IMG/VR virus record: IMGVR_UViG_3300042880_000408
Span: 6,736-70,735 of that record
Source: a virus
DNA length: 64,000 nucleotides
Reading direction: 5' to 3' (one strand)
Shown: positions 27,503-37,170 of the stretch, one piece after another
Layout: every line of letters starts with the position of its first letter
How positions within the stretch are numbered: the stretch's first letter is position 1
Made by a program: the position numbers and the translations under genes
The notes under the pieces: generated by a model
The model's database searches: none
What the model saw: only the letters and a program-made list of their open reading frames with translations
What the model was told of the DNA's origin: nothing

Positions 27503-28270
27503 ATGGAAAAGCAACCATTTGAAGGCAAGATACGTGTGATTGAGCAGCTCAAGACGTTAATTCCTCCGTTGTCCGGCGATGAGTTTAGTATGCTTGAGCA
27601 GTCTTTGGTCGAAGAAGGAAGGGCGTACAGTGCTCTTTGGTTATGGGGCGATGTGCTGGTTGATGGGCATCATAGGCTTGAGATCTGCGATAAGCACAAC
27701 ATCCCGTATCAGGTGGTACAGGTGTATCAGTCTGCAAAGACCATCGAAGAGGTTAAGTATCGCATGCAAAGAGATTCCGTGGGGCGTCGAAACTTGTCCC
27801 CGGCAGTTCTGGCGAAGTGTCGAGCTGGAATGGTTGCTTACCACGTAAACAGTGGCAAAGGCAAGCAGGAGTCTGTAGCTCTTGTTGCTAAGGAAGCGGA
27901 AGTTTCTGAGCGACAGGTCTATCGAGATGTAGAGCGATCAGAGCTGATCGATAGAGTTGACGAGGATGTCAGGCCGTTGACTGAATCGATGTCATCAGCT
28001 GGAGTAAAGCGGCTTGCTGAAATGCCTAAGGAAAAGCAGAAGGAAGCTGCTAGTAAGGCTGGAGGAGATGGGAGGAAACTTGAAGGAGAGATCAAGAAAA
28101 GGAAAGCGGAAGATTTGTCTCCCGAAGAGTCCGCGCAGAGGATTAAGAATGTTGCGAATCAGCACCGCGACAAGTTGGTTCTTGCGATCGATGATTACGC
28201 TCGCATCAAGAAAAACCATTCGGAGCAAAACCGGTTGGTCAGGTTGGTGCAAAGCGTTTCACTTTGGTAA
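27503..28270 (+). CDS. ParB-like nuclease-domain protein
   Basis: LIPPLSGDEF..LEQSL..EG...LVDGHHRLEIC...GRRNLS. Confidence 0.75.
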   Translation: MEKQPFEGKIRVIEQLKTLIPPLSGDEFSMLEQSLVEEGRAYSALWLWGDVLVDGHHRLEICDKHNIPYQVVQVYQSAKTIEEVKYRMQRDSVGRRNLSPAVLAKCRAGMVAYHVNSGKGKQESVALVAKEAEVSERQVYRDVERSELIDRVDEDVRPLTESMSSAGVKRLAEMPKEKQKEAASKAGGDGRKLEGEIKKRKAEDLSPEESAQRIKNVANQHRDKLVLAIDDYARIKKNHSEQNRLVRLVQSVSLW

Positions 28271-28386
28271 TTGGAGGAAAAAAGGCGACAAGTCTGCTAG
28301 TGTGCGTTCGTGGCGTGATCGGAATTGACTTTGGAAACTTGGGTCGTTCTGAGCTAGTGGTTTACGAAATCGATTGTCGTCTTTAC

Positions 28387-28459
28387 GCTCCCATAGCGTA
28401 TTGGTAGCGCGTCGCAACCTTTGCGTTGCGAAGGAACGGTTCGAATCCGGTAAGGGGCT
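28387..28459 (+). tRNA. Degenerate tRNA-like element (possibly Gln/TTG-derived)
   Basis: TAGC..TGGTA D-loop, GGTTCGAATCC T-loop; anticodon arm TCGCAAC/GTTGCGA with a non-canonical loop; imperfect acceptor and T stems. Confidence 0.5.
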
Positions 28460-28494
28460 TTTGTTTGTTTGTTTTCTGTTTTGAAGGGTTAGCC

Positions 28495-29160
28495 ATGTTG
28501 CGTTTTATGTGTGCGGTTGCGTTGAGTTTGTTTTGTTTTGTTGCATCGGCACAGGATCCATTTCCTGTTCGCACGGTGCTTGCTGGAGAGGTTGCTGTTG
28601 TGCCAGCGGGAGACTACGTCTTGTCAAAGCAAGTCGCGGTCAAGAGTGGTGGTAAACTGATCATCGAGTCCGGAGTCAAGATTCGAGTCCAAATCGGTCT
28701 TCCTATTTCCGTCTACGGGGAGCTAGATATTCGTGGTACATCAACTGATCCTGTTGTCATTGTGCCGGATGTTGTCGGTGCTTGCGGTACGATTGCTGCG
28801 TTTCCAATTGCTGGTGCGCCGCGACCAAAATTTACCGCCAGCTTCCTCCAGTTGACGCACAACAAAGACAGCAATTCGATTTTTCTTAGCGGTTGCGATT
28901 TCATGTTGAGCAACAGCATCGTAAGCAATCTGTCCCCATCTGCTAATCGTGCGTGCGTCGCGGTGGCTAATGGTGCAAGCGGATTGATTTCCGGATGTTT
29001 TTTAGATGGTTGCAAAGATCGGATTAAAACTTCGGTTACTGGAGTGACGGTAGACAAGGACGAGCAATCCAGATTAGAGATTGATGGATCAGTTATCGCT
29101 AACGGCGATCTGATTAGATCGGCAAAGCCATTCACTTCTGTCAGCGCATTGATCGAGTAG
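28495..29160 (+). CDS. Secreted beta-helix-like protein
   Basis: Signal peptide MLRFMCAVALSLFCFVASA|QD; KLIIESGVKI...GELDIRGTSTDPVVI beta-helix cap pattern. Confidence 0.55.
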   Translation: MLRFMCAVALSLFCFVASAQDPFPVRTVLAGEVAVVPAGDYVLSKQVAVKSGGKLIIESGVKIRVQIGLPISVYGELDIRGTSTDPVVIVPDVVGACGTIAAFPIAGAPRPKFTASFLQLTHNKDSNSIFLSGCDFMLSNSIVSNLSPSANRACVAVANGASGLISGCFLDGCKDRIKTSVTGVTVDKDEQSRLEIDGSVIANGDLIRSAKPFTSVSALIE

Positions 29161-29180
29161 TTGCTGTTGCTTCCAGCAGC

Positions 29181-29247
29181 AGGATCGGCGGCGTGGTCGG
29201 AACATCGAGTATCCCGCGCCAAGCAGGTTCGAGTCCTGCCCGATCCT
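29181..29247 (+). ncRNA. tRNA-like RNA, family member 1 (acceptor and T arm, no anticodon arm)
   Basis: AGGATCGG/CCGATCCT stem; GCAGG-TTCGAGT-CCTGC T arm; shares the GATCGRCGGCGTGG head with the elements at 48305 and 48543. Confidence 0.65.
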
Positions 29248-29297
29248 TTTTTGTTTTGCAAGTTTTCATTTGTGTTTTTTGATTTGGAGTTAGTCAC

Positions 29298-30350
29298 GTG
29301 GAAAGTGAAGTTGTTGTAGAGTCGCAGGTTGTGAACGAGGACGTCAGTGTGGTCAAGAGTGTTCCTGAATACAGCGATCTTGTGAGTGACGCAAAGCTTG
29401 CTGAGTATCGCGAGGAGTTCGCTAATCTTTCAGCGCAAACAAGGGAGGGATACGACGCTGTCCGGAAGGCGATTGCCGTTTGCCGGACGACACGAACTGG
29501 CATCGAGAGGAAACGCAAGTTCCTGAACGAAGGAGCACAGACTTACATCCGTACTGTCAACGGTGAGGCAAAGCGACTGACGGAAGCAATCGAGGCAATC
29601 GAGGAGCCTCTAAAGGATAAAAAACAAGCGGCTGACGATGAGCGAGAGCGACTGAAAGCTGAGGCTGAGGAAGCTAAACGGAACAAGATCGACGAACGCA
29701 TATCGAGATTCGTTTTAGAGGCTGGAAGCCCATGCTCTCCGAGACAAGCTGAGGTATGGACTGATGCGGAATTTGAAAGCGAGTTGTCGCTTGCGAGGGA
29801 GGCTTTTCAAGTTCGAATGAAGGCCGAGCAAGAAGCGGAGGAGGAGCGTAAAAGGGCTGAAGCATGGAAGGAGGAGCAAATTCGCAAGCAGCGAGAGGAA
29901 ATCGCAAAGCAGCAGGCGGAGATTGAGAAGATCCGAGCCGAACACGAGGCTGAGCTTCAACGAGTTCGAGCCGAGCAAGCCGAGCGAGATCGTATTGATC
30001 GCGAAAAGCTTGAGTTTGAGAAAGCTGCTTTGAAAGCGGAAAACGAGCGATTAGCGAAGATCGAGTCAGATCGTTTGGAGGCGATACGGAAGGAGCAAGA
30101 AGCCTCTCGCAAGGCTGAGGAAGAACGAATTGCGGCGGAGAGAGCAGAGCAGCGGCGCATTGCAGAAATGAAGCGACTCGAAGCACTCAAGCCGGATCTC
30201 GAAAAGGTGGATTTGTTCAGCAAAGCGTTGTTGGAGGCAATCAATTCTGTTCCGGTTCCAGTCGTTGCTTCGAATGTTATTCGCGACCACTTCAAATCTC
30301 AGGTGCAGCAGTTGGTGGTGATCGCCTCTTCAAAGCCGCACGTTGAGTAG
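29298..30350 (+). CDS. Coiled-coil phage protein (DUF1351-like)
   Basis: RTTRTGIERKRK...INGEAK-type N-terminus, long E/K/R-rich helix; GGAG RBS before GTG. Confidence 0.55.
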   Translation: MESEVVVESQVVNEDVSVVKSVPEYSDLVSDAKLAEYREEFANLSAQTREGYDAVRKAIAVCRTTRTGIERKRKFLNEGAQTYIRTVNGEAKRLTEAIEAIEEPLKDKKQAADDERERLKAEAEEAKRNKIDERISRFVLEAGSPCSPRQAEVWTDAEFESELSLAREAFQVRMKAEQEAEEERKRAEAWKEEQIRKQREEIAKQQAEIEKIRAEHEAELQRVRAEQAERDRIDREKLEFEKAALKAENERLAKIESDRLEAIRKEQEASRKAEEERIAAERAEQRRIAEMKRLEALKPDLEKVDLFSKALLEAINSVPVPVVASNVIRDHFKSQVQQLVVIASSKPHVE

Positions 30351-30406
30351 CGTGCGTTTTCAAATTGGATATTGATTGTGAGCATTGGCGTCGTGGAGGT
30401 GGTGAG

Positions 30407-31984
30407 ATGATTGATTTGCCAACGTTGCGTCCTTACCAGGAAGCTTTGGTGCAAGAGTTGCGAGTAAGAATTGCTAAGCTCGGTAGCGTGATCGCTTGCA
30501 TGCCTCCTGGCGCTGGGAAAACGGTTACTGCGAAGTTCATCCTTGGTAGTTACATGAATCGCGTAAAGAAGCATGATGAATCTGGATTTGCCGCATTTAT
30601 GGTGCACAGGAGAGGGCTTGTGGAAAACGCCAGCAATTCCTTTCTGGAGAATCCCAGGCTTCCGCACGGTGTGATCATGTCGGGTTGCAACACGGACTAT
30701 TCCGCTGCCGTGCAGGTCGCTTCGATCGACACAAAAAACAGTTGGTATGTGAATGGGAAGAACTATGACACTAAGTTCACCTATGACTTCTTAGTGTTTG
30801 ACGAGATACATTCGCACGTTGCAAAGTTCCGAACGTTTCTTGAGGCGCACAACGCCAAGCGTGTTGAATTGGGGTTGAGACCACCTTTTGTTCTTGGTCT
30901 GTCGGCTACTCCGCAGCATCAGGAGCTGAACAAGCTGTTCAAAGAGATCGTCAGCGGGCCGGATCCATCTTGGTTGATCAACAATGGTTTTCTATCTCCA
31001 TTTCGATACTTCCAGGTAACTCAAGGGAATCTTGGGTTGCTGGTCAAAAGAGGCGATGAGTACACGGAGAACAGCGTTGCTTCAGCTATGGAGGGGCTTG
31101 GTGGTGACTTGGTAAAAGACTGGATGAAGCTTGCGGAAGGGCGTGCGACAGTAGGTTTTTTCCCAAGGAGATCTCAAGCTCAGGAAGCGGTGGAATTGCT
31201 TAGGAAAAGCGGGGTCAATGCTCATTACGTTGATGGAGAAACCGAGGACGAAGAGCGGAATGCATTATTCCGAAAACTAAACGATGGGCGAATCGACTAT
31301 TTGTGCAACGTCGGCGTTATCGAGCGAGGGACTGACATCCCGCGAGTCGGATGCGTTCAGCTCTGCACCGCGATCGGAAGTGTTGTGCGGTATCGGCAGA
31401 TGATTGGCCGAGGATCTCGAGTGCATCCAGAAGTTAGCGACTGCATTGTCCTGGATCACGCGAACAACATTCGAAAGCATGGATTTTTTGAGGATGATGT
31501 AGACTGGACGTTAGAATGGGGGGAAAGGCCGGCTAAGACGCATGAGGCGAAAGCTACTGTGTGTTGCCCGTCTTGCGGATCGATGTACCGAGGCGGTAAG
31601 TGTAAGTATTGCGGATACGAGCCAACCCCTAAGGAGCGAAAGAGTCAGGGTTTGGAATTCGTTGGTGGTGAGTTGCGCGAAGTCACAAGGAAAGATCGCA
31701 AAGAAACCAAGAAGAGTACATGCGAAGAGCTAATGATTGCAGCGTTGTACAAAACTGGAAAGCGTGGAGGCAACTGGAAGCAAGCTTGGTGGCTAGCGAA
31801 CGCGGCTGCTAAGGAGCAAGGCACGAAGTTTCGAGTTCCTGCATACGTGGAAGTGGCTGGCCAAAAATACAAAATGGTTCCGTACGGTCACGATGACGGA
31901 AAACGCCGCGTCAGAGACATGTACGGATTTACAGTCGGCAATCACGATAACCTTTCCAATCCATACCGAGTGACAAAAGCATGA
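30407..31984 (+). CDS. SF2 (DEAD/DEAH-like) helicase with C-terminal Zn finger
   Basis: PPGAGKT, FDEIH, LSATP, QMIGRGSR, CPSC...CKYC. Confidence 0.92.
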   Translation: MIDLPTLRPYQEALVQELRVRIAKLGSVIACMPPGAGKTVTAKFILGSYMNRVKKHDESGFAAFMVHRRGLVENASNSFLENPRLPHGVIMSGCNTDYSAAVQVASIDTKNSWYVNGKNYDTKFTYDFLVFDEIHSHVAKFRTFLEAHNAKRVELGLRPPFVLGLSATPQHQELNKLFKEIVSGPDPSWLINNGFLSPFRYFQVTQGNLGLLVKRGDEYTENSVASAMEGLGGDLVKDWMKLAEGRATVGFFPRRSQAQEAVELLRKSGVNAHYVDGETEDEERNALFRKLNDGRIDYLCNVGVIERGTDIPRVGCVQLCTAIGSVVRYRQMIGRGSRVHPEVSDCIVLDHANNIRKHGFFEDDVDWTLEWGERPAKTHEAKATVCCPSCGSMYRGGKCKYCGYEPTPKERKSQGLEFVGGELREVTRKDRKETKKSTCEELMIAALYKTGKRGGNWKQAWWLANAAAKEQGTKFRVPAYVEVAGQKYKMVPYGHDDGKRRVRDMYGFTVGNHDNLSNPYRVTKA

Positions 31985-32850
31985 GCGGCGAATGGAAGCG
32001 ATCGTCAAAACGCGAACCGTGCGTGATATGCGGAAAACCTGATTACTGTGGCCGATCGATCGATGGCAGCGTGGTCAGGTGTATGCGAGTCGAATCGGAA
32101 AAACCGAACGCAGGCAGAGACGGAAGCATGGGGTGGATACATGTACTTGCAAATCCGCTTCCACCGGTGCCTGCTCCTAAAGCTGTGGAAAAGAAGGCCG
32201 ACTGGACGAAAGAATGTAAAGCGATGTTCGATCACGAAAAGGCTCACGATAAGCGTTGCTCGCTCGCTGACATGTTGTCAGTAAGCGTCGATGCATTGGA
32301 GTCACTTCGCGTCGGAATCGGATGGGATGACTGGAATAAAGCTGAGTTTTCCAGTTGGCCAAGTCGCGATCATAACGGCCGCTGCATCGGGTATGTACGC
32401 CGATACGCCGACGGTTCAAAGAGGACTAACGAGGGGGGGTCTGTGGGGTTGTTCTACACTTCTGAGTGGTTTAGTAGAAAAGGCCCGCTTTGGATCGTTG
32501 AAGGAGGCTCTGACGTCGCTGCATGCGAATCTGCGGGGTTGTCAGCTATTGGGCGAGGAACCAACACCCACGGCGCGGAATACCTCAAGCGAATGATCCA
32601 ATCGCGTTGCCTAGACAAGCGGGTTATTGTTGTCGGGGAGCGAGACGAGGTTCCGGAAAAACGCGGAAGAGTCTCGAGCTGCACAATTAACTGTCGTGGT
32701 TGCTCATATTGTTGGCCAGGATTTTTTGGTGCGAAAAAAATAGCTGCTGAATTGGGTGTGGCTTGGGTCATGACTCCTAAGCCGCACAAAGATATGAGAG
32801 ACTTATTGGCCGCAGGTGGTCTGTGGTTGGACTTAATGGAAGTGTTGTGA
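31981..32850 (+). CDS. Primase-like protein (Zn finger + TOPRIM)
   Basis: CVICGKPDYC...C; IVEGGSDVAA; VVGERD; KDMRD; ATGA overlap with the helicase. Confidence 0.75.
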   Translation: MSGEWKRSSKREPCVICGKPDYCGRSIDGSVVRCMRVESEKPNAGRDGSMGWIHVLANPLPPVPAPKAVEKKADWTKECKAMFDHEKAHDKRCSLADMLSVSVDALESLRVGIGWDDWNKAEFSSWPSRDHNGRCIGYVRRYADGSKRTNEGGSVGLFYTSEWFSRKGPLWIVEGGSDVAACESAGLSAIGRGTNTHGAEYLKRMIQSRCLDKRVIVVGERDEVPEKRGRVSSCTINCRGCSYCWPGFFGAKKIAAELGVAWVMTPKPHKDMRDLLAAGGLWLDLMEVL

Positions 32851-32870
32851 ACAATGAAGGATTGCGTAAG

Positions 32871-33296
32871 ATGGCGAAGCGAGCACCGAAAACCGAAACA
32901 ACAAAGCCGAAGGCGAAGAAGAAGCCAACGTCTCCTAGAGTTCCTAGAACACGCGCCGGATCCACAATGACCGAGGCTCAGTTCTGGAGTTTCCTTCGAT
33001 GCAATTTGCGACTTATGTCTCGCAAGTGGGCTCCTCGCAGATTGGTCTTAGGAGCTTGCCGAAGAGACAGCCAGAGTGACAATAAACGGCTGAAGTTTGA
33101 GCATCAGTGCAGTAAGTGTTTGCAGTGGTTTCCTGCTAAGCAAGTTGAAGTTGATCACGTTATTCCAGTCGGAAGATTGCTGAGCTTTCAGGATCTTCCA
33201 GGATTTGTAGAGCGTTTGCTGTGTGAAGTAAACGGACTTGTGGTACTTTGCAGACAGTGCCATCAGGAAAAAACTTACAGTCTGCACAAGGAATGA
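32871..33296 (+). CDS. HNH endonuclease
   Basis: CSKC...EVDHVIPV...VLCRQCHQEKT. Confidence 0.8.
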   Translation: MAKRAPKTETTKPKAKKKPTSPRVPRTRAGSTMTEAQFWSFLRCNLRLMSRKWAPRRLVLGACRRDSQSDNKRLKFEHQCSKCLQWFPAKQVEVDHVIPVGRLLSFQDLPGFVERLLCEVNGLVVLCRQCHQEKTYSLHKE

Positions 33297-33568
33297 TCGA
33301 GATGTACGAGCAGAAAAACAACAATGGGTCGCTTTTCAAAAACGACAAGAAGGACAAGAACAACCCTGATCACGAAAGATTGCCCGACTATAAGGGTGAC
33401 GCTACGGTGAACGGTAAGCCGATGTGGATGTCCGCTTGGATAAAGACAGGCAAGAGCGGTCAGTTCATGAGTATTGCTTTCACCGCTAAAGATGGGCAGG
33501 GGAAGCAACAATCGAATAATCGACCGGCAAACAATTCAGGGCATTACGACGAAGAGACACCCTTCTAG
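33293..33568 (+). CDS. Small ssDNA-binding protein
   Basis: GSLFKN...PDYKG...WMSAW OB-like pattern and acidic C-terminal DEETPF. Confidence 0.7.
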   Translation: MIEMYEQKNNNGSLFKNDKKDKNNPDHERLPDYKGDATVNGKPMWMSAWIKTGKSGQFMSIAFTAKDGQGKQQSNNRPANNSGHYDEETPF

Positions 33569-33579
33569 GGCACAATCCA

Positions 33580-34167
33580 ATGAAACGAATGAGCGACAAA
33601 GCGAGAGCAAGGTATTCGCAGGCAAAGCCAGTGCGAGATGGATTGCGTGAGTCCGTCGGTCTGTGCGAGGTATGCGGAAGCTTACCTTACTTCGGGAATG
33701 TCGCTGCATTAGATGTCCACGAGATCTCGAGAGGCGTTCATCGCCAGAAGAGTCTCGATAAGCTATTTGCTTTGCTTGTTGTGTGCCGATTGTGTCACGA
33801 CAAGCTTGGCGACGCGGGGCAGTGGCCAGAGGCTCGACAACTGGCGTTGCTAGCAGAGAGGCGACTGCTTGATTGGGATCTGCAAGCCTACTTGGAATTA
33901 ACAAATCCGAGAGCACCTCGGAGGATAGAAATAGAGGAAGTGGTGGCCTACATGCCTGATACGCTGCTAAAAGTCGAAGAGGTTGCGGGTAAGATGCGAG
34001 TGAACAGACGAACAGCTCAAACATGGATCGATAGCGGTGAACTGCCGGCGATCGACGTTCGTCCTGATGGAGCGCAGAGAAGCATGTGGAGAGTGCAGAG
34101 ATCTGATTTGCTGAAGTTCGCACAAGGCAGGAAGTCTGACAATCGGTCAGGTCGTGAGTCGCAATAA
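33580..34167 (+). CDS. HNH-like domain fused to an excisionase-type HTH
   Basis: CEVC...VHEISRG...VCRLCH then LLKVEEVAGKMRVNRRTAQTWIDSGELPA. Confidence 0.7.
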   Translation: MKRMSDKARARYSQAKPVRDGLRESVGLCEVCGSLPYFGNVAALDVHEISRGVHRQKSLDKLFALLVVCRLCHDKLGDAGQWPEARQLALLAERRLLDWDLQAYLELTNPRAPRRIEIEEVVAYMPDTLLKVEEVAGKMRVNRRTAQTWIDSGELPAIDVRPDGAQRSMWRVQRSDLLKFAQGRKSDNRSGRESQ

Positions 34168-34196
34168 AAAACCGCTAGCGTTGTCACGTTAGCGGT
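34165..34196 (-). terminator. Hairpin terminator between convergent operons
   Basis: ACCGCTAGCG/CGTTAGCGGT stem with an A-run on + (U-tail on -). Confidence 0.65.
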
Positions 34197-34230
34197 GTAG
34201 GTGTTCAGGATTAGCATTCAGTCAGTGGTG

Positions 34231-35307
34231 CTACTTGCATCCGCAAGGAGCGTCAATCTTTGTGAGCCATGCTTGGAGAAAAACATAATCAGAGCAGCCC
34301 TCAAGCTTAGCTCCTCCACCTCGGAATTTAGTAACCCTGCGGGATACTCCATCGAAAACGTCCATGTCGGGAATCATCCACCCGCCCTTAGGGTCTTCCG
34401 GTTTCCGAACCGTCACCCAATCACCGACCTTCAGCAGCGAATCTTCGGGCAATGGCTCCAGATACTGTTCTAGGAATCGAGATCCACTGCAAACGGTCGT
34501 GCTGTAATAGACCCCTTCTGCGTGGTTCGGGTCGACCTCAGTGATAGTGCCGTCCATGCCATCGAAGACGTACCATTCATCTTCCCAGCTATTGCCGAAA
34601 TGACTTTCATCAGGAGCGCAAACCCGAATGCGATCTCCGACCTTGAATCGCGGAGTGTGTACAGCGCGTAGGTATGCCTCAAGAAACTTATAATCGTTGG
34701 TGATGTCGAGAGTGTAAAGTCGCCTATAGGGATCGCATTCAACTTTCACGACGATTCCTTGCTTGCCATAGTAATCAGTGTACGACAGGCCGAAAACACA
34801 CTGCATCTCTGGCTTGCAGATGCGAACCAAATCACCAACCTTGAACTGCTGATCATTGAATGGCAACGCTTTTTTGATACGAGCGAATTTCCAGGTATAG
34901 CATGGTGCATTTTGCTCGGTCTTGTTTCTGCGATGGCAAACAAAAGTGCCTTTGTATGGCGACATGTCTACCAGGATAGCGACCAGCTTGCGGTCGACCC
35001 ATTCCAAGTCCTCGGTGTCTCTAACCTGGATCATTGAACCAACATCGCTAGGACACGGAACTCGCCACTCGTCAGGAGTCTCGGCAGCTTGGAAACGTTC
35101 TTCTTCAGCAATCGATGACTCGACTTCAGCAACTTGATTCTCTGCCGTCTCTCGCTCCTCGCGCAACGCAACTTGCAGGCGAACGGCGAGAATTTCGATT
35201 TTCCTCAATCGGTCTAATCTGTCTTTTGCACTCACGGTAATCTCCAAATCCAGCGATGAAAAAACCATGCAAAACCGCTGGTCGAATTGCAAGGCATGGT
35301 GATTCAC
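34231..35307 (-). CDS. Hypothetical protein with three KOW/SH3-like repeats
   Basis: Three (F/L)KVGD.(V/I) ... F..YL units in the C-terminal half. Confidence 0.6.
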   Translation of the reverse strand: MNHHALQFDQRFCMVFSSLDLEITVSAKDRLDRLRKIEILAVRLQVALREERETAENQVAEVESSIAEEERFQAAETPDEWRVPCPSDVGSMIQVRDTEDLEWVDRKLVAILVDMSPYKGTFVCHRRNKTEQNAPCYTWKFARIKKALPFNDQQFKVGDLVRICKPEMQCVFGLSYTDYYGKQGIVVKVECDPYRRLYTLDITNDYKFLEAYLRAVHTPRFKVGDRIRVCAPDESHFGNSWEDEWYVFDGMDGTITEVDPNHAEGVYYSTTVCSGSRFLEQYLEPLPEDSLLKVGDWVTVRKPEDPKGGWMIPDMDVFDGVSRRVTKFRGGGAKLEGCSDYVFLQAWLTKIDAPCGCK

Positions 35308-35753
35308 TTAACGAACTTGAAAAGATAAGCGTCTTCGCTTGTCTCCTCGTACGCATTCCGTCTTATTTTGACTGCACGGAATTTTGATTGTCTTAAAAAC
35401 AACTGGGCTGGTACATTGGTTTCTCGCACCTCGGCAACAATGCGATTGCGGGTCTTACCAAGCTTTGCAATCAGCTTGTTGATCATTGCCGAGCCAACGC
35501 CAAGCAATCTGCACTCTGGATGCACTGCGATTGATGCAAGCAAAAGGTGATTAGGGTGCATTTCGTATAGCATGTAGCCGTGAATACTTCCATCCGCCTC
35601 TGCAACCATGCCGATGCAGTTGCGTTGTCGAAGAAAGGTAAGGAAGTCCTGGCGATCCATTGGGAAGCCAAAACTGAGTTGCTCGATTGACAACACCGGA
35701 TCGAGATCGCTTCGCACCATCCACCGCACTTTCAGTTTATTGCTCATCAACAT
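35304..35753 (-). CDS. rimI: RimI-like GNAT N-acetyltransferase
   Basis: VRWMVRSDL..VLSIEQLSF...LRQRNCIGMVAE...IAVHPECR..GVG...EVRETNVPAQLF...EDAY. Confidence 0.8.
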   Translation of the reverse strand: MLMSNKLKVRWMVRSDLDPVLSIEQLSFGFPMDRQDFLTFLRQRNCIGMVAEADGSIHGYMLYEMHPNHLLLASIAVHPECRLLGVGSAMINKLIAKLGKTRNRIVAEVRETNVPAQLFLRQSKFRAVKIRRNAYEETSEDAYLFKFVK

Positions 35754-35855
35754 TTTTGCTTTCTTTCAATGATTGATTGATCACTGTTTCAAAAACTGTG
35801 GATGCAACCCAGAAGATTGCGTATGCGACAGCTCCCGCCAGAAATGCTAGCAATA

Positions 35856-36215
35856 TCATGCTACATCTCCTTTGTCGTTGTCGTCAGCGTTGCGATGGCA
35901 ATTGTGCAAGTCTTTCGGCTCCACTCCAGCTCTGGCTATTGTCACAGATTTGTCCGCATGGATTGCCATTCGCACCTTGGTTGTTGTGATCTCGGTGACG
36001 AGCAGTGAGTATTGTGTGAAGTACGCTTCCGTGCCTTCAGCGTACCACAGCTCATTGCCTGTAGAATTGCGCAGCATCGCTTCGTTGTAGCGATTTCCAC
36101 GCATTCCAGGCTTGCTAACGATTGCTGCAACGAAAACGTCACAGTCTCCAATTCGCACACTGCTCCCAAGAGGAATCGTGAGGCACAGTCGTGTTCGCTC
36201 AATTGTTTGTGTCAT
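35856..36215 (-). CDS. CsrA-like protein (divergent, possibly two half-repeats)
   Basis: LCLTIPLGSSVRIGD and KVRMAIHADKSVTIAR resemble the CsrA N- and C-terminal motifs. Confidence 0.55.
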   Translation of the reverse strand: MTQTIERTRLCLTIPLGSSVRIGDCDVFVAAIVSKPGMRGNRYNEAMLRNSTGNELWYAEGTEAYFTQYSLLVTEITTTKVRMAIHADKSVTIARAGVEPKDLHNCHRNADDNDKGDVA

Positions 36216-36412
36216 TGTTTGATCTCCGTTTGAGTGTTGTTATTAATAAACTTCCGAACACATTCGAAAGTTCCCAAGTTGATTTTCGTTTTGCCGACCG
36301 ATACCTCGATCGACACTTCAGAAGTCAGGTCACCGGCCCAGCCTACGATTCTTGATTGCCATCCTCGTTTGATGATCATCAGGTGTGCAACGCGAGCTTC
36401 ACGACGATTCAT
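36212..36412 (-). CDS. Small hypothetical protein
   Basis: ATG at 36412, overlapping neighbours in the operon. Confidence 0.45.
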   Translation of the reverse strand: MNRREARVAHLMIIKRGWQSRIVGWAGDLTSEVSIEVSVGKTKINLGTFECVRKFINNNTQTEIKQ

Positions 36413-36638
36413 GTTTTGCTTCGGTTTCTGCGAGTTTCCTGAGCATACTGTCCGCTGCGATAATCGCATAATCCACGCATGTATCAAGAGTTGTGTTTCC
36501 AGGACTTGCAAGAAGTCCTTCCATTGCCTTTCCAGCAAACCACTCGCGCTTGGTTAGTCCACACGACATTTCATTTGGAAAAGCGTTGTCCCTTCCGTTG
36601 TACTTCGCTTTGCTTTCAATATAGTTCAATCTACTCAC
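36399..36638 (-). CDS. Conserved small phage protein
   Basis: AFP...GLTKREWFAGKAMEGLL...ADSML motif; GGAGG RBS. Confidence 0.65.
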   Translation of the reverse strand: MSRLNYIESKAKYNGRDNAFPNEMSCGLTKREWFAGKAMEGLLASPGNTTLDTCVDYAIIAADSMLRKLAETEAKHESS

Positions 36639-36878
36639 CTCCCATTAAAAGCCATAACACCAAAGCCACAAAACCGAGTACCGCACTCAGTTCCGCCAAA
36701 TCTTCCAATAAATAGTTCATTTGTCTTTGCGATCCTTTGACTCTTCGATCTCAAAACTGATCGCTGGTTCTCCGTCAATCCGCGTCAGCGTGACTCTTGT
36801 CCTATGTCCTGCGCATCCGCAGCACAGGCACAACACTAGCAAAATCCATTTCGCCATGACAATATTCCTTGTTGGAAA

Positions 36879-37085
36879 TTAGTAGTCTCTTCCGTCTAAA
36901 TTCAATCCGTTCATGATGCCGTCTGCCCAGCGTTTCATGTAAGACGGCTGATTCCTTGCCTCGTTTGTCTTTCGCTGTTTGCTTCGACATTCCTTGCAAT
37001 GCGAACTAACTCCACGCTTCTTTTTTGATTCTTTATGAAACTCGACCAGCGGTTTCTCTTGTTTGCATTTGGTGCATTTCTTCAT
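36879..37085 (-). CDS. Small Zn-finger protein
   Basis: MKKCTKCKQEKPLVEF...CKECR; AGGAGG RBS. Confidence 0.6.
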   Translation of the reverse strand: MKKCTKCKQEKPLVEFHKESKKKRGVSSHCKECRSKQRKTNEARNQPSYMKRWADGIMNGLNLDGRDY

Positions 37086-37170
37086 GCTACATCCTCCTAA
37101 GTAAATTGTTCCTGCGACGTTGCAGGCAGTCGGCCACTGCGGGCTCAGTGACCTCGTGCATGAAACGTCA

